From Chiloscyllium plagiosum (taxonomy: Eukaryota): a stretch of DNA of 37,762 nucleotides. A program made the translations under genes and the position numbers. How positions within the stretch are numbered: the first letter of the stretch is position 1; each line of letters begins with the position of its first letter. This document shows positions 1 to 11,190 of the stretch, piece after piece. Below the pieces are notes generated by a model. The model was not told the DNA's origin. It saw only the letters and a list, made by a program, of their open reading frames with translations, and made no database searches. The stretch lies in contig NC_057755.1 in assembly GCF_004010195.1 (NCBI RefSeq), forward strand, positions 12,334,407 to 12,372,168. Reading direction: 5' to 3'.

Positions 1-515
1 CAAACCTACCTCCCAGGATATTGGTGCCCTTCTGGTGCTGGTGCAACCCGTCCTGCTTGTACAGGTCCCACCTTCGCCAGAATGCAGTCCAATTGTCCAA
101 ATATCTGAAGCCCTCCCTCCTACACCATCCTTGCAGCCACGTGTTCAACTGCACTGTCTCCCTATTCTTTGCCTCACTGTCACGTGGCACCGGCAACAAC
201 CCAGAGATGACGACTCTGTCTGTCCTAGCTTTTAGCTTCCAGCCTAACTCCTTGAGCTCTTGAATGACCTCCCCACCCCTCTTCCTACCTATGTCGTTGG
301 TGCCAATGTGTACCACGACTTCTGGCTGCACACTCTCCCCCTTAAGGATTCTGAAGACCCGGTCCGAGACGTCTCGGACCCTGGCACCCGGGAGGCTACA
401 AACCATCCGAGAGTCTCGTCCATGTCCACAGAACCGCCTGTCAGTCCCTCTAACTATAGAGTCTCCTATAACTAGCGCTCTCCTCCTCTCCCCCTTTCCC
501 TTCTGGACCTCAGAA
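1..515 (-). mobile_element. CR1-clade LINE ORF1 fragment (SGNH/GDSL esterase-like domain)
   Basis: The minus strand reads ALVIGDSIVRGTDRRFCG...LPGARVRDVSDR...VVVHIGTNDIG...LNTWLQGWCRREGF...LYKQDGLH. The GDS, GTND and DGLH blocks are typical of CR1 ORF1 esterases. Confidence 0.85.
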
Positions 516-667
516 TAGGTCCCATATTCCCAGTTCTTTCATAAAAAAAGCTATTTTTCACACACAGAACTAATTACAAAGCAATTAAAGATTAAAGAAT
601 TCTTAAAACAACATTTTTCCATGTCAACCCATTTTCATTTAGAAATTTCTTTGTTTTCCAACAATAC

Positions 668-745
668 CTTTACACTAGCAGGGTAAATCCTTAATCTTCT
701 CCCTGAGGTACAATGCTGGGAGTGTGTTGTCATGCCCCTAACACT
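668..745 (-). pseudogene. Candidate exon 9 (last in window) of unidentified antisense multi-exon (pseudo)gene
   Basis: Strong acceptor ccttttatttctctcag, donor AAG|gtattg, 78 bp, phase 0/0. The only open frame is SVRGMTTHSQHCTSGRRLRIYPASVK. Confidence 0.5.
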
Positions 746-790
746 CTGAGAGAAATAAAAGGCTAATTGTAGACAAGTGTAATAGTGTAC

Positions 791-1005
791 TTTCCTCCCA
801 CAATCCAAAGAGGTGCAGGTTAGATGAATTGGCAATGGTAAATTGCCTATAGAATCCAGCGATGTGCAGGCTAGGTGGATTAGCCATGGGAAAGGGAACA
901 GGAATGGGGTAAGGGATGGGTCTGGATGGGATGCTGTTTGGAGGGTTGGTGTGAACTCGATGAGTCAAATGGTCTGCTTCCACACTGTAGGGATTCTATG
1001 ATTCT
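791..1005 (+). mobile_element. HE1-like V-SINE, 5'-truncated
   Basis: Core tttcctcccacaatccaaagaggtgcaggttag and tail ccacactgtagggattctatgattct match the other SINE copies in the window. Confidence 0.8.
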
Positions 1006-1007
1006 CA

Positions 1008-2446
1008 CTGATAATTTGTGTGTGATGCCAGAGAACATAGGTAAGGTTCTAAATGAATGCTTTGTGTCAATGTGCACTAGTGAGAGAGATGATGTGGGTG
1101 TAGAAATCAGGGAGAAGGACTATGATAGAATTACAGAAATTACCATCACAATAATTTTCAATTCCTGTCTGGCCACAGGAGTGGATTGGAGGATGGTCAA
1201 TATGGTACCATTATTCAAGAAGAGAGCAAGGGATAAACCAGGAAACTACAGGCCAGTCAGTTTAACATTGTTAGTGGGACAACCATTGGAAATAATTCTA
1301 AGGGACAAAATTATTCTGTACTTGGAGGGGCAGGGATGAACCTAGAATAGTCAGTGTGGTTTTGTTATGGAGAGGCCATGACAGACTAACTTGATTGGAT
1401 TTTTCAAAGAGATGATCAGGTGCGTAGATGAGAGCAATGTGTTTGATGTTGTCTTCATGGACTTCAGGAAAGCTCTTGGTGAGTTCCTACACAGGAGTTT
1501 GATAGCAAAGGTCCTTGAGTCAGAACAAATTGGATCCACAATTGGTTGAGTGGTACAAAGCAGAAGGTGATGGATGAAGGCTGTTTTTGTGACTGGAAGT
1601 CTGTGTCCAGTGGAATTCAACATCATCTCATTGCTTAGTGTTTGGGGCTCTTGCTGTTTGTGGTTCATATAGACTTGAATATGTAGGAGGGCTGGTCAAT
1701 AAATTTGCGGATGAAACATAAATTATTGGGGAGGTAAATAGTAAGGAGGATAGCCTCAGATTACATGAGGATATAGATGGGCTGGTCAGATGAGCTGATC
1801 AGTGGTAAATGGAATTCAATCTGGATAAGTGTGAGGCAATGCACTTGAACAGGGCAAACATGCTGAAGGAAAACATGAAAAGTGGGACCATGGGAAGCAC
1901 TGAGGATCAGAAGGACCTTGGTGTGCATGTCCATCAGTCCCTTAAAAGCAGTGAGTTGGGTAGATAAAGTTGTGAAGAAGACATATGGTATACTTGCCTT
2001 GAATAGCTGAGATGTTGAATTTCAGAGCAGGGAAGGTTATGTTGGAACATTGGTTAGGCCACAGCTAGAGTATCATGTGCAGTTCTGGAATCCTTATTAT
2101 AGGAGGGATGTGTGGCATTAGGGAAGGAGAGATTTACCAGGATGTTGCCAGTTATGAAGAGAAATGGGAGAGTGTGTATAGAATTAAGATAAGGAGCAGA
2201 GTTTGGTGGAGATGTGAGGAACAATGTTATCACCCAGAGGGTGGTGAGAATCTAGACCTCACTGCCTGTAAAGGTGGTAGAGCCAGAAGCCCTCACAACA
2301 TTTAAGAAGTACTTTGATGTGCATGAGGCCTGTAAGGCTTTGGGCCAAGTGCTGGAAAATGGGATTGGAATAAGTCTTGTTTTTTAATGGCACAGATACA
2401 ATTTACTGAAGGGCCTTTATCGGTGCTGTAAATCTCTATGACTCTG
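1008..2446 (+). mobile_element. CR1-clade LINE ORF2 (RT) 3' part, decayed
   Basis: VPLFKK...KPGNYRPVSLT motif, KFAD motif at about 1700, LEY.VQFW.P region, and a 3' tail ctctatgactctgtga. Many frameshifts. Confidence 0.88.
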
Positions 2447-2547
2447 TGACACTTTTTCTCTGCATACCCATTGTGTGATAAGGCTGGCTGTTCCCTTTCT
2501 TATACCTCAATGTATACACCAAATTATTTTGAGTTTTCAACATTTTG

Positions 2548-2860
2548 GGGATGGCATGGTGGCTCAGTGGTTAGCACTGCTGCCTCACAGCACCAGGAAC
2601 CCAGGTTCAATTCCAGCTTAGGGCGACTGTCTGTGTGGAGTTTGCACGTTCCCCCCATGTCTGCATGGGTTTCCTCCGAATGCAGGTTAGGTGAATTGGC
2701 CATGCTAAATTATCCATAGTGTACAGGGATATTTAGGCTTGGTGCATGAGTCAGGGGAAATGTAGAGCAATAAGGATAGGGGAATGGGTCTGGGTGTGAT
2801 ACTCTTCGGAGGATTGTTCGGCTGAATGGCCAGTTTCCATACTGTAGGGAATCTATGACT
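2548..2860 (+). mobile_element. HE1-like V-SINE
   Basis: tRNA-derived head with A box tggctcagtgg and B box ggttcaattcc, V-core ctgtgtggagtttgcac, and CR1-like tail. Confidence 0.88.
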
Positions 2861-3017
2861 GATCTTCTTTGGCATTCTTGAATAATTTAGCTTCAGATAT
2901 GTTAGTAACCATAAAACATCATGATCATATGATAATCTTCTACTTTTGAAATTCCCAGCCTATTCCCTGCTCCTTCCGTTAGTTAAACTGTGACATCCGT
3001 TTGCCCGTCCATCTTAC

Positions 3018-3153
3018 ACGATTCTGCCTTCTTGGATCAGAATATCTTTTGCCAGTCTGTGACTTTTTCCAAATACTATGCTTGCTTCCAAGACCATTTT
3101 CAGAGTCTGTACTCTGTTTTCTGGGCATCCATATTTTCATTTCCTTTTCCAGC
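3018..3153 (-). pseudogene. Candidate exon 8 of antisense (pseudo)gene
   Basis: Acceptor tttccatag, donor CGT|gtaaga, 136 bp, phase 2/0. Open frame LEKEMKIWMPRKQSTDSENGLGSKHSIWKKSQTGKRYSDPRRQNR in non-repeat DNA. Confidence 0.5.
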
Positions 3154-3185
3154 CTATGGAAACGACCTCCACTTTGCACATTAGA

Positions 3186-3434
3186 GAATGTTCAAACTCC
3201 ACACAGTCGCCCAAGGCTGGAATCAAACTCAGGTCCCTGGCAATGAGGCAGCAGTGCTAACCACTGAGCCACCGTGCCATCTCCAAAATGTTGGAAATTC
3301 GAAATAATTTGGCATATACATTGAGGTATAAGAAAGTGAACAGCCAACCTTATCACATACTGGGTATGCAGAGAAAAAGTGTGTCACAGAGTCAGAGTCA
3401 GAATCCTAGAGACTTACAGCACAGATAAAAGGCC
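3186..3434 (-). repeat. Inverted duplicate of 2412-2651 (CR1 tail + unique spacer + SINE head)
   Basis: The reverse complement aligns with 2412-2651, including the non-TE spacer actttttctctgcataccca...tatacctcaatgtata...caaattattt. Confidence 0.85.
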
Positions 3435-3443
3435 TAAAGATAC

Positions 3444-3529
3444 TTGCTGCTGACATTTTCTACTCTCCCTGTCCCCCTTCATTAGCCCCTTCTGACATAA
3501 ATGTGATGAATGTCAACCAATAGCCTTAC
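3444..3529 (-). pseudogene. Candidate exon 7 of antisense (pseudo)gene, with two stops
   Basis: Acceptor gtttatttcag, donor AA|gtatct, 86 bp, phase 0/2. Reads VRLLVDIHHIYVRRG**RGTGRVENVSS(K). Confidence 0.4.
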
Positions 3530-3545
3530 CTGAAATAAACATTTT

Positions 3546-3770
3546 AAAATCTGAAATAAAAATAGCAAGTTCTGGAGAAACTCAGTAGGTCTGACAGTAT
3601 CTGCGGAGGGAGAAACAGAGTTAATGTTTCCAGGCCAATATCACTCGTCATTGGAAGTTCAGAGGTAGAGATATGTTAAGTTCAAAATATCAATTCTGTC
3701 TGTCTCTCTCTCTCTCTCTCCACAGATACTGCCAGAGCTGCTGAGTTTCTCCAGCAATTTCTAGTTCACG
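3546..3770. mobile_element. Old Penelope-derived terminal repeats in inverted orientation
   Basis: ctggagaaactcagtaggtctgacagtatctgcggag is mirrored by ctccacagatactgccagagctgctgagtttctccag. Related decayed copies lie at about 9640-9735, 19140-19200 and 29670-29850. Confidence 0.65.
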
Positions 3771-4323
3771 ATTCTGATGCATATTATGAGAGATAGAAAA
3801 GTAGAAGGGAGAAGTGGAAAGTATAGGATACAAGGTCTAGCAGCAAATAGTGCCAAAGTGGAAAGAGAGAAGTGTAAAAATATCAACAAGTCAAGTCTAA
3901 AGTTATGTGATAATTATACTTCTTTTAGCTAAGTGTCAATTTTGTGGAGTTTCTCTCTGTGAGGCCTAGCAAGGTCTCTTGCTGCAAGAGACCCAACTTG
4001 CATTAACATCTACCCGTCTCTATGGCACCCTTTCGACTAATTCTAGCCCCATTCCAACACTTGCTATTACAGGACTAGCTCGTCACTCACTGGATAGGAA
4101 CCAAAAGACTGGTGTCCCTGGTGCTGGTACCATCTTTAAGAGTCTGTTATGCACCCGGACAATCTGGAGTTGCTCCTTACTGGCAATGTAATGGCACCCT
4201 GTGCACATCGCCAACAGGCCTGACACTCCTCCACTGTACATGCTCATTCTCTCAGCCTTGTTTAACCACCAGGGGGCACAGTTTCCCTGGTCTTAACTAT
4301 TGTATTTGCAGATATGTTCTATT

Positions 4324-5112
4324 TTGTGCAAAAAGCACATAATCTGCAAGCAGTCAATCCATACTACATTTTATAAATTCATACTTTGGAAATAGAATCA
4401 ATCTGAATCAAGATTGGGATACAGACAGACTCGAACATCACATCTTTAATTCATTGTCTGAGCTGAGATGTCACCTTTTTTTATAAAACCTTGTTATCAC
4501 AAGAATGTGACTGAAAAGAAGTTCTGGTGTTTACATATTAATGAACAGAAACCTGCAACCAATTCTAAAAGATGAAAGACTTAACAGCAATCTATATTTG
4601 TTCAATATATCGTTTTAATTACGTGACGCGCTGATATTTTGCTATAAATTCTGTGTCTTAGATTACTTACAATGTGGAAACAGGCCCTTCGGCCCAACAA
4701 GTCCACACCGCCCCGCCGAAGCGCAACCCACCCATACCCCTACATTTACCCCTTACCTAACACTACGGGCAATTTAGCATGGCCAATTCACCTGACCCTG
4801 CACATCTTTGGACTGTGGGAGGAAACCGGAGCACCCGGAGGAAACCCACACAGACACGGGGAGAACGTGCAAACTCCACACAGTCAGTCGCCTAAGGCGG
4901 GAATTGAACCCAGGTCTCTGGCGCTGTGAGACAGCAGTGCTAACCACTGTGCCACCGTGCCGCCCGTCTTGTGATCCTGTCCCACTAATTACCCGATGAA
5001 GGAGCAGCGCTCTGAAAGCTAGTACTTCCAAATAAACCTGTTGGACTATAACCTGGTGTTGTATGATTTTTAACATTGTCCACCTCTGACCATCACCGGC
5101 TTCTCCGCATCA
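4324..5112 (+). mobile_element. Non-autonomous Penelope-like element with degenerate hammerhead motif, split by a SINE
   Basis: The 3' end ccgatgaaggagcagcgctctgaaagctagt...aaacctgttggactataacctggtgttg matches 10268-10394. The 5' boundary is approximate. Confidence 0.6.
4660..4965 (-). mobile_element. Full-length young HE1-like V-SINE with 5-bp TSD
   Basis: Minus-strand head gggcggcacggtggcacagtggttagcactgc, B box, V-core and taatct tail. TSD gtctt at 4655-4659 and 4966-4970. Confidence 0.95.
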
Positions 5113-5230
5113 AACACTCAGTCTAACCATCCTCCAAGGCATCACTGCTCTGTCCCCAATGCCTACTGTAAATGTTCATCTTGTCATTATCCAGTAGGGG
5201 AACATCATGTACAGATATTCAGACAGTTCT

Positions 5231-5550
5231 ATAGAATCCTGCTGTGTAGAAACAGGCCCTTCAGCCCAAACAAGCCCCTCCTAAGAGTAACCCACACAGA
5301 CCTCTCCCCTATTTACCCCTAATTAATGCGCCTGACCAACAAATCCCTGAACATTTTGGGTAATTTAGCATGGCCAATTCACCTGACCTGCACATCTTTG
5401 GACTGTGGGAGGAAACCGGAGCACCCGGAGGAAACCCACGCAGACACGGGGAGAATGTGCAAACTCCACACAGCCAGCTGCCCGAGGCTGGGGTTGAACC
5501 AGGTCTCTGGTGCTGTGAGACAGCAGTGCTAACCACTGAGCCACATGCTG
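5231..5550 (-). mobile_element. HE1-like V-SINE
   Basis: Same head, core and tail as 4660-4965, more diverged. Confidence 0.9.
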
Positions 5551-5849
5551 CTGTTCCAAAGTGAGATTTTATTTACAGGCAGAAAATGTGAACACAAACA
5601 AACTGAATAAAAGCTGCAGCTCACCACCTCCTAACCCCCCCCAATGCAAACTACATGTAGGCATCATGACGGTGACTAGTGACTATCTCACATTTGATCA
5701 TTGTCTGCTGCACTCACTTCAGGAACCGGGTGTCAGTCAGCTTCTGTCTGCCTTGTCGTGCCCAGTGTAGCTGAACTCTGTCACAGGAGCTTCCTTCAGC
5801 TCAATTCCCTTAGCTTTCTCCTCACAACTGTCCCATTCCTATAGGTCCT

Positions 5850-6650
5850 CAGCATTCAGCACATCACTTAATTTTCAGCTCCACTTGTGCAAAGCACAGG
5901 ACTCCAGGATAGTGTGGCATGCTCTGTGTGGAATAAATCCCCCATCCCAACTTCACACACGTTCTCCCCCCACCCCAGTGGAACCACATCTGCAGCAGCC
6001 CCCGTTCTCTGCCCCAGGACAGCCCTGGTTGAAGCATGGACAGTGTTGTAGCTGTGTTTCGCAACAATTGCACAATTGCATCCTCGTGACAGTGGGCATC
6101 CCCCCAGTAATGATTTCTTGTAAAATCCCTGGACCCTCAAAGAGTGCTCCAGGATGTAAGAGTCATAGCAGTTGCCAGGATAGTGGGCACACCCCTCCAG
6201 GAAGTGGTAGCAGTAATCACAGATAACATGGGCATTATAGAATGGATCCCCTTCCTGTTGATGAATTCTGCAGCGTGGTGATCCAGCCCTCTCAATGCAC
6301 AGATGATGGCACCCTGGGGAGAAGCCTGAATCTAATCACCCAGGCTGCAGCACTGACCCTGTCATGGAATGACCAGTGTGAGCTTATAGAGATGGCATCA
6401 ATCGCTGTACTGATGGGGTGATGACCAAGCAATCCCATATAGGGCACTCATCACTGTCTGGAAGGAGCCAGTCACAGATGTTCGGAGCAGCAGTGAGCTT
6501 CACAGGCACTGGGAAAGGATAGCCTCCCACTCCTAGGCCTCAGGTCCCCATTCCAGCATCCGGCACATTCCCCCCCATAGTGTCCTGGGACATAGGGAGC
6601 CTGGTTCAACAATGCACCTCACTCATCCCCGAGAAGTAGTCCAAGCTGAA
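5850..6650 (-). mobile_element. PIF/Harbinger DDE transposase relic (HARBI1-like)
   Basis: Minus-strand blocks EFINRKGIHS, NAHVICD...CAHYPGNCYDSYILEHS and YNTVHASTRAVLGQ follow the Harbinger order NRKGxHS / CD / YPGSxHD / YNxAHxxTR. Frameshifted, and boundaries are approximate. Confidence 0.78.
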
Positions 6651-7324
6651 AAGCTCTGTTCCTCCTGCAGATTCCATTCATCCTGAAGGATCTGGGATCT
6701 CTCCCTGAGCTGGATGCTCGTCAGCCTCTGCAGGACCTTGTTGTTGCTGGGCTCGCCATTGGCCGTGGGTCCTCCTATACTTGCTGCCATCTAATACTAG
6801 GAAAGCAGTGGCAGTGAGCAAGATCCCAGCAGCCAGCACAGCCTATCACTCTGGGTGGAAACGACCTCCATTGGGAACAAATGAAGTCAGTCAGGTCTAT
6901 GAAGAGTCACTGCAGATGAGGGTTGAGCACAACCCCTCCACGCAGGGAAATAACCAGGGCTTTGTCTCAATCATTCATTCAGCTTCAACCTCAGTAAGTG
7001 CAGCAACTTGTAAAGGCTGAGGAACCAACACAGTACATCAAAAAGGGAATGTCTGCTGCACTCCAAATCTTTCCTATCCCAGAGCCACATCAACTGCAAA
7101 GATTCTCATTAACATTCAGTAAAATCCGTCTTAACACTTATATGGCGGAAGATGGGCAATTGTTCTCTACCTCCCACATCTCCCTTGCAGGTGATACAAA
7201 TTATGGCTCACCTTTTTAACTCTTTGCTGCTAAGTTCAGCATCATTTTGATGCCAATGTCAATTTGCAAGGAGCAATGGCATGGTGTAAACTACCTTTGC
7301 CCAATATTTGAACTAAACACGGAT

Positions 7325-7840
7325 ACTTTGCATTGCACGTTGCCTCATGATCAAGACAGAAGTCCTCAAGCAGGTGCTCGACTCCCAACTCCAAAACGTC
7401 AGGCAAGCCCCAGGTGGACAGAGGAAGCACTTCAGCGGGATCCTCAAGGCTTCACTGGAGAAGTGCAGCATTCCCACAGACACTGGCCCAAGACTGTTCA
7501 AGGTGGAAGAGGATCATTCAGGAAGGCATTGAGCACCTCGAGACTCACTGTTAGGAAAAAACGGAAGCCAAGCGAAAACAGTGAAAAGAGTGCACAGCCA
7601 CACAATGCCCTACCCACCCCTTCCCATAACCACCACAGTCTGTGCAGGAGAAAGTGAGGATTACAAATGCTGGAGAGTCAGAATCGAAAAGTGCGGCACT
7701 GGAAAAGCACAACACGTCAGGCAACATCCAAGGAGCAGGGGAGTCATAAGCCCTTCATCAGGAATGTAATCGTCTATGGATTCACGCTGAGAGTGGAAGA
7801 GAATCATCCTCGTCTACAAGGGACCACCAATGATAATGAT
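7325..7840 (+). mobile_element. RTE-clade LINE 3' end, interrupted by a Penelope-derived fragment at 7649-7766
   Basis: KQVLDSQLQNVRQAPGGQRKHFSGILKASLEKCSIPTDT resembles the RTE C-terminus (PKQxLYxEL..GxR..GGQRKRFKD.LK). Ends in an atgataatgat tail. Confidence 0.8.
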
Positions 7841-8076
7841 CATTGCCAAGCCCCTGGACTCAGGTTGTGACTGACAATACTGGCATTCCATGACTGACAG
7901 CGCCCCACCCAAACCACACACCTCCCACCCAACCCCTCACTGAACTGAATATTGGGTCTCTGTGGACGATGGGTGAGTATAGCTGATGCTCTGAGATGTT
8001 TTTATGTGGTGTCCAAAAAGGAGGTTTCTCTTAGGCAGCTATGAACTAAAGTCATCAGGTCCCTGCTCTGATTTAC

Positions 8077-8712
8077 AGTCATAGAGATGTACAGCACGAA
8101 AACAGGCCCTACAGTCCAACTCGTCCGTGCCGACCAGATATCCCAACCCAATCTAATCCCACCTGGCAGCATCTGGCCCGTATCCCTCCAAACCCTTCCT
8201 ATTCAAATACCCATCCAAATGCCTCTTAAATATTGTAATTGTACCAGCATCCACCACTTCCTCTGGCAGCTCATTCCATACACGTACCATCCTCTACGTG
8301 AAAAAGTTGCCCCTCAGATCTCTTTTATATCTTTTCCCTCTCACCCTAAACCTATGCCCTCTAGTTCTGGACTCCCCCACCACAGGGAAAAAACTTGGTG
8401 TATTTATCCTATCGATGTCCCTCATGATTTTATAAACGTCTATAAAGTCACCCCTCAGTCTCCAACGCTTCAGGGAAAATTGCCCCAGCCTGTTCAGCCT
8501 CTCCCTATAGCTCAAATCCTCCAACCCTGCCAAAATCCTTGTAAGTCTTTTCTGAACCCTTCCAAGTTTGACAACATCCTTCCAATAGGAAGACCAGAAT
8601 TGCATGCAATTTTCCAACAGTGGCCTAACCAATGTCCTGTACAGCCGCAACATAACCTCCCAACTCCTGTACTCAATACTCTGACCAATAAAGGAAAGCA
8701 TACCAAACACCA
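8077..8712 (-). mobile_element. CR1/HER1-type LINE 3' end
   Basis: ORF 8294-8713: LYRTLVRPLLENCMQFWS...LSYRERLNRLG...RLRGDFIDVYKIM...TRGH. The tail is shared with the SINE. Confidence 0.93.
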
Positions 8713-8758
8713 ATTCTGGCTGTAACAGCTGCTCCTTTTTTGAGGTATTTTAGGTGTT

Positions 8759-9262
8759 GAGTCACAGAGGTTTACAGCACGGAAACAGACCCTTCAGTCC
8801 AACTCATCCATGCCGATATTCTAACCTAATCTAGTCCCATTTGCCAGCATTTGACCCATATTCCTCTAAACCTTCCTATTCATATACCCATTCAGATGCC
8901 TTTAAATGTTGTACCAGCCGCCACCATTTTCTCTGGCAGCTCATTCCATACACGCACCACCCTTTGTGCGAAAACGCTGTCCCTTAGGTCCCTTTTAAAT
9001 CTTTCCCCTTTTATCGTAAACCTATGCCCCACAATTCTGGACTCCCCCACCCCAGGGAAAAGACCTTGTCTATTTACCCTATCCATGCCCCTCATAATTT
9101 TATAAACCTCTATAAAATCACCCCTTAATCTCCGACACTTCAGGGAAAATAGTCCCAGCCTATTCAGCCTCTCCTTGTAGCTCAAACCCTCCAACCCTGG
9201 CAACATCCTTGTAAATCTTTTCTGAACCTTTTCAAGTTTCACAACATCCTTACTACAGGAGA
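8759..9262 (-). mobile_element. CR1/HER1-type LINE 3' end
   Basis: ORF 8892-9242: LEKVQKRFTRMLPGLEGLSYKERLNRLGLFSL...RLRGDFIEVYKIM. Confidence 0.93.
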
Positions 9263-9355
9263 ATTCCTGGCACTTGTTTACTCATGGTGGTTGGCAGGAT
9301 AGACATTGCACATTAATGAGGTGAGGTGTAATAAGGTTGTTATCCAGTAACTCAC

Positions 9356-9444
9356 TGCTACCTTGTGCGAAACGCATCTTGGTAAAAGATGAGGTGAATA
9401 ATTTCTCACATCATTCAGGTCTTTATATAGATTCCAGCCTCTAT
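9356..9444 (-). pseudogene. Candidate exon 6 of antisense (pseudo)gene
   Basis: Acceptor ctctgtgaattcag, consensus donor GCA|gtgagt, 89 bp, phase 1/0. Open frame (D)RGWNLYKDLNDVRNYSPHLLPRCVSHKVA, phase-matched to exon 11191-11326. Confidence 0.62.
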
Positions 9445-9739
9445 CTGAATTCACAGAGCATTCACAGACAAATTAACAGTAAATAATTGTGAACAGGCAT
9501 GATACAATGGCCAATACTGAGTGATTCAATCTTTAGGAAGGCAAGGCAAAAAAGGAAAAGGAACTAGGATGCCATTGTTAGTGAAAGATGAAATCAATGC
9601 AAAATTCAACTTGTCAGAACCGGAGTTGCAGTTGAACTTGTAGTTCTGATGGGGGCTCACTGGCTCCAAAATGTTGACACTCTTTTCTCTCCACAGATGT
9701 TGCCAGAACGGCTGGGTTTCTCCGGCACTTTCAGCTACT

Positions 9740-10640
9740 ATCACCGTCACAGCCAGTGAGTTCCCACCTCTACCTGGATGAAAACTTTTTCCTCACATCT
9801 CCTCGAAATCTTCTACCCCTTCCCTTAAATCTGTGCCACCAGTCATTGATCCCTCCACCAAGGGGGACATTTTCTTTCCGTCTCCCCTATCTATGCCCCG
9901 TGTAATTTTATACATCTCAGTCATGTCCCATTTCAATCTTCTCTGCCCTGAGGAAAATAATCCCTGTCTGTCCAATCTCTTCTCGTAACTTAAACTCTCC
10001 AACACAGGCAAAATCGTGGTAAATATCACCATCTCCAGTGCTTTCACGTCTCTGCTAGAATGCGGATTCCCGAACTGCACACAATACTCTAGCTGTGGCC
10101 TGAGCAATGTTTTGTACACTTTCAGCATAACCTCTCTACTCTTACATTCTATGCCTTGACTAATATATACATATACCTTCTTAACTATTTTATCCACCTG
10201 TCTTGTGTACACACCAAGGTCCCTCTGATCCTTAGTGCTTCCCAGGATCCTATGGTTCATGCAGTGTATCACCTGATGAAGGAGCATTGCTCCGAAAGCT
10301 AGTGTGCTTCCAATTAAACCTGTTGGACTATAACCTGGTGTTGTGTGATTTTTAACTTTGTACACCCCAGTCCAACACCGGCATCTCCGAATCTTCACTT
10401 GCCTTGTTATCCTGTTCAACTGCATCACCTCATACTCATCCAGTTTGAATTCCATTTGCCACTGGTCAGCCCATCTATATCCTCCTGTAATCTAAGGCTA
10501 TCCTCCTCGCTACTTACAACCCCACTAATTTTTATAAAAACTATGAATTCACCAATCAACCCTCCAACATTTAAATATTTAAATGTTATAACTTATACAC
10601 CAAAACAGCAAGGGCCAAAATTTCAGAACACAGGTACTCC
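9740..10640 (-). mobile_element. CR1-clade LINE ORF2 3' part with inserted Penelope-derived fragment
   Basis: ORF 9793-10455: QRDLGV...YKTLLRPQLEYCVQF...LSYEKRLDR. Confidence 0.88.
10268..10394 (+). ncRNA. Penelope-derived short element carrying a minimal hammerhead ribozyme core
   Basis: cac-CTGATGA-A-GGAGC(att)GCTCC-GAAA-GC-TA-gtg at 10270-10304: conserved core, stem II, 3-bp stem I and a palindromic AGCT in place of stem III. Confidence 0.7.
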
Positions 10641-10659
10641 AGATCTGCAGTAGATCATT

Positions 10660-10880
10660 TCAGATTGAGATGAAGAGAAATCGTTTCTCTCTGAGGGTGA
10701 TGAACCTGTGGAATTTCTCTCACTTAAGTTACTGTATATATATTGAAGAAAGTATCCTAGAGATTTCAAGCATCAAGGAGTATGGGGGGAGCTGGATTTT
10801 GACACTGCGATACATGGTCAGCAATTAAATGTTGAATGGCAGAATGATGGGATGAATTGCCTATTCCTGCCCCTATTTTC
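10660..10880 (+). mobile_element. CR1 3' tail fragment
   Basis: ttctctctgagggtgatgaacctgtggaatt (FSxRVxNLWN) followed by a tail gaattgcctattcctgcccct. Confidence 0.7.
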
Positions 10881-11190
10881 AGTATTTCATCATTTCTATA
10901 CAATGCCTCATCGCTTTCTGTTATTTGTAAATGCAAGTATAAATGCAAATTAACCTCCAGGAATATACTCCAACAATGTAATTGCCACATTGTAAACACT
11001 TGTGTCTCAACAGTCAGCTTGACAAAATATCTTTCACCATGTCATCACTGTAATGCAGTCTATAACTTGAGGGTAATCAGGTCATTGCATAAAAATCAAG
11101 AAATGGGTAACATAGCATTGAAAGATCCAACAGATGTTTATTACAACTCATTAATACATACAAATATTATATTCACAGGCACGTTTATAC

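Noticed and set aside
745..775. LQLAFYFSQ resembles HKDC1 exon 1 (LMAFYFSK)
   Set aside because: It is on the wrong strand relative to exon 2 and is just the translation of a polypyrimidine tract and acceptor.
3157..6870. Exact 15-mer tggaaacgacctcca at 3157-3171 and 6856-6870
   Set aside because: One 15-bp match within about 37 kb is near chance expectation, and the flanks do not align further.
8087..8725. 212-aa + strand ORF and similar ORFs such as 9793-10455
   Set aside because: Antisense or chimeric readings of CR1, SINE and Penelope fragments, not host genes.
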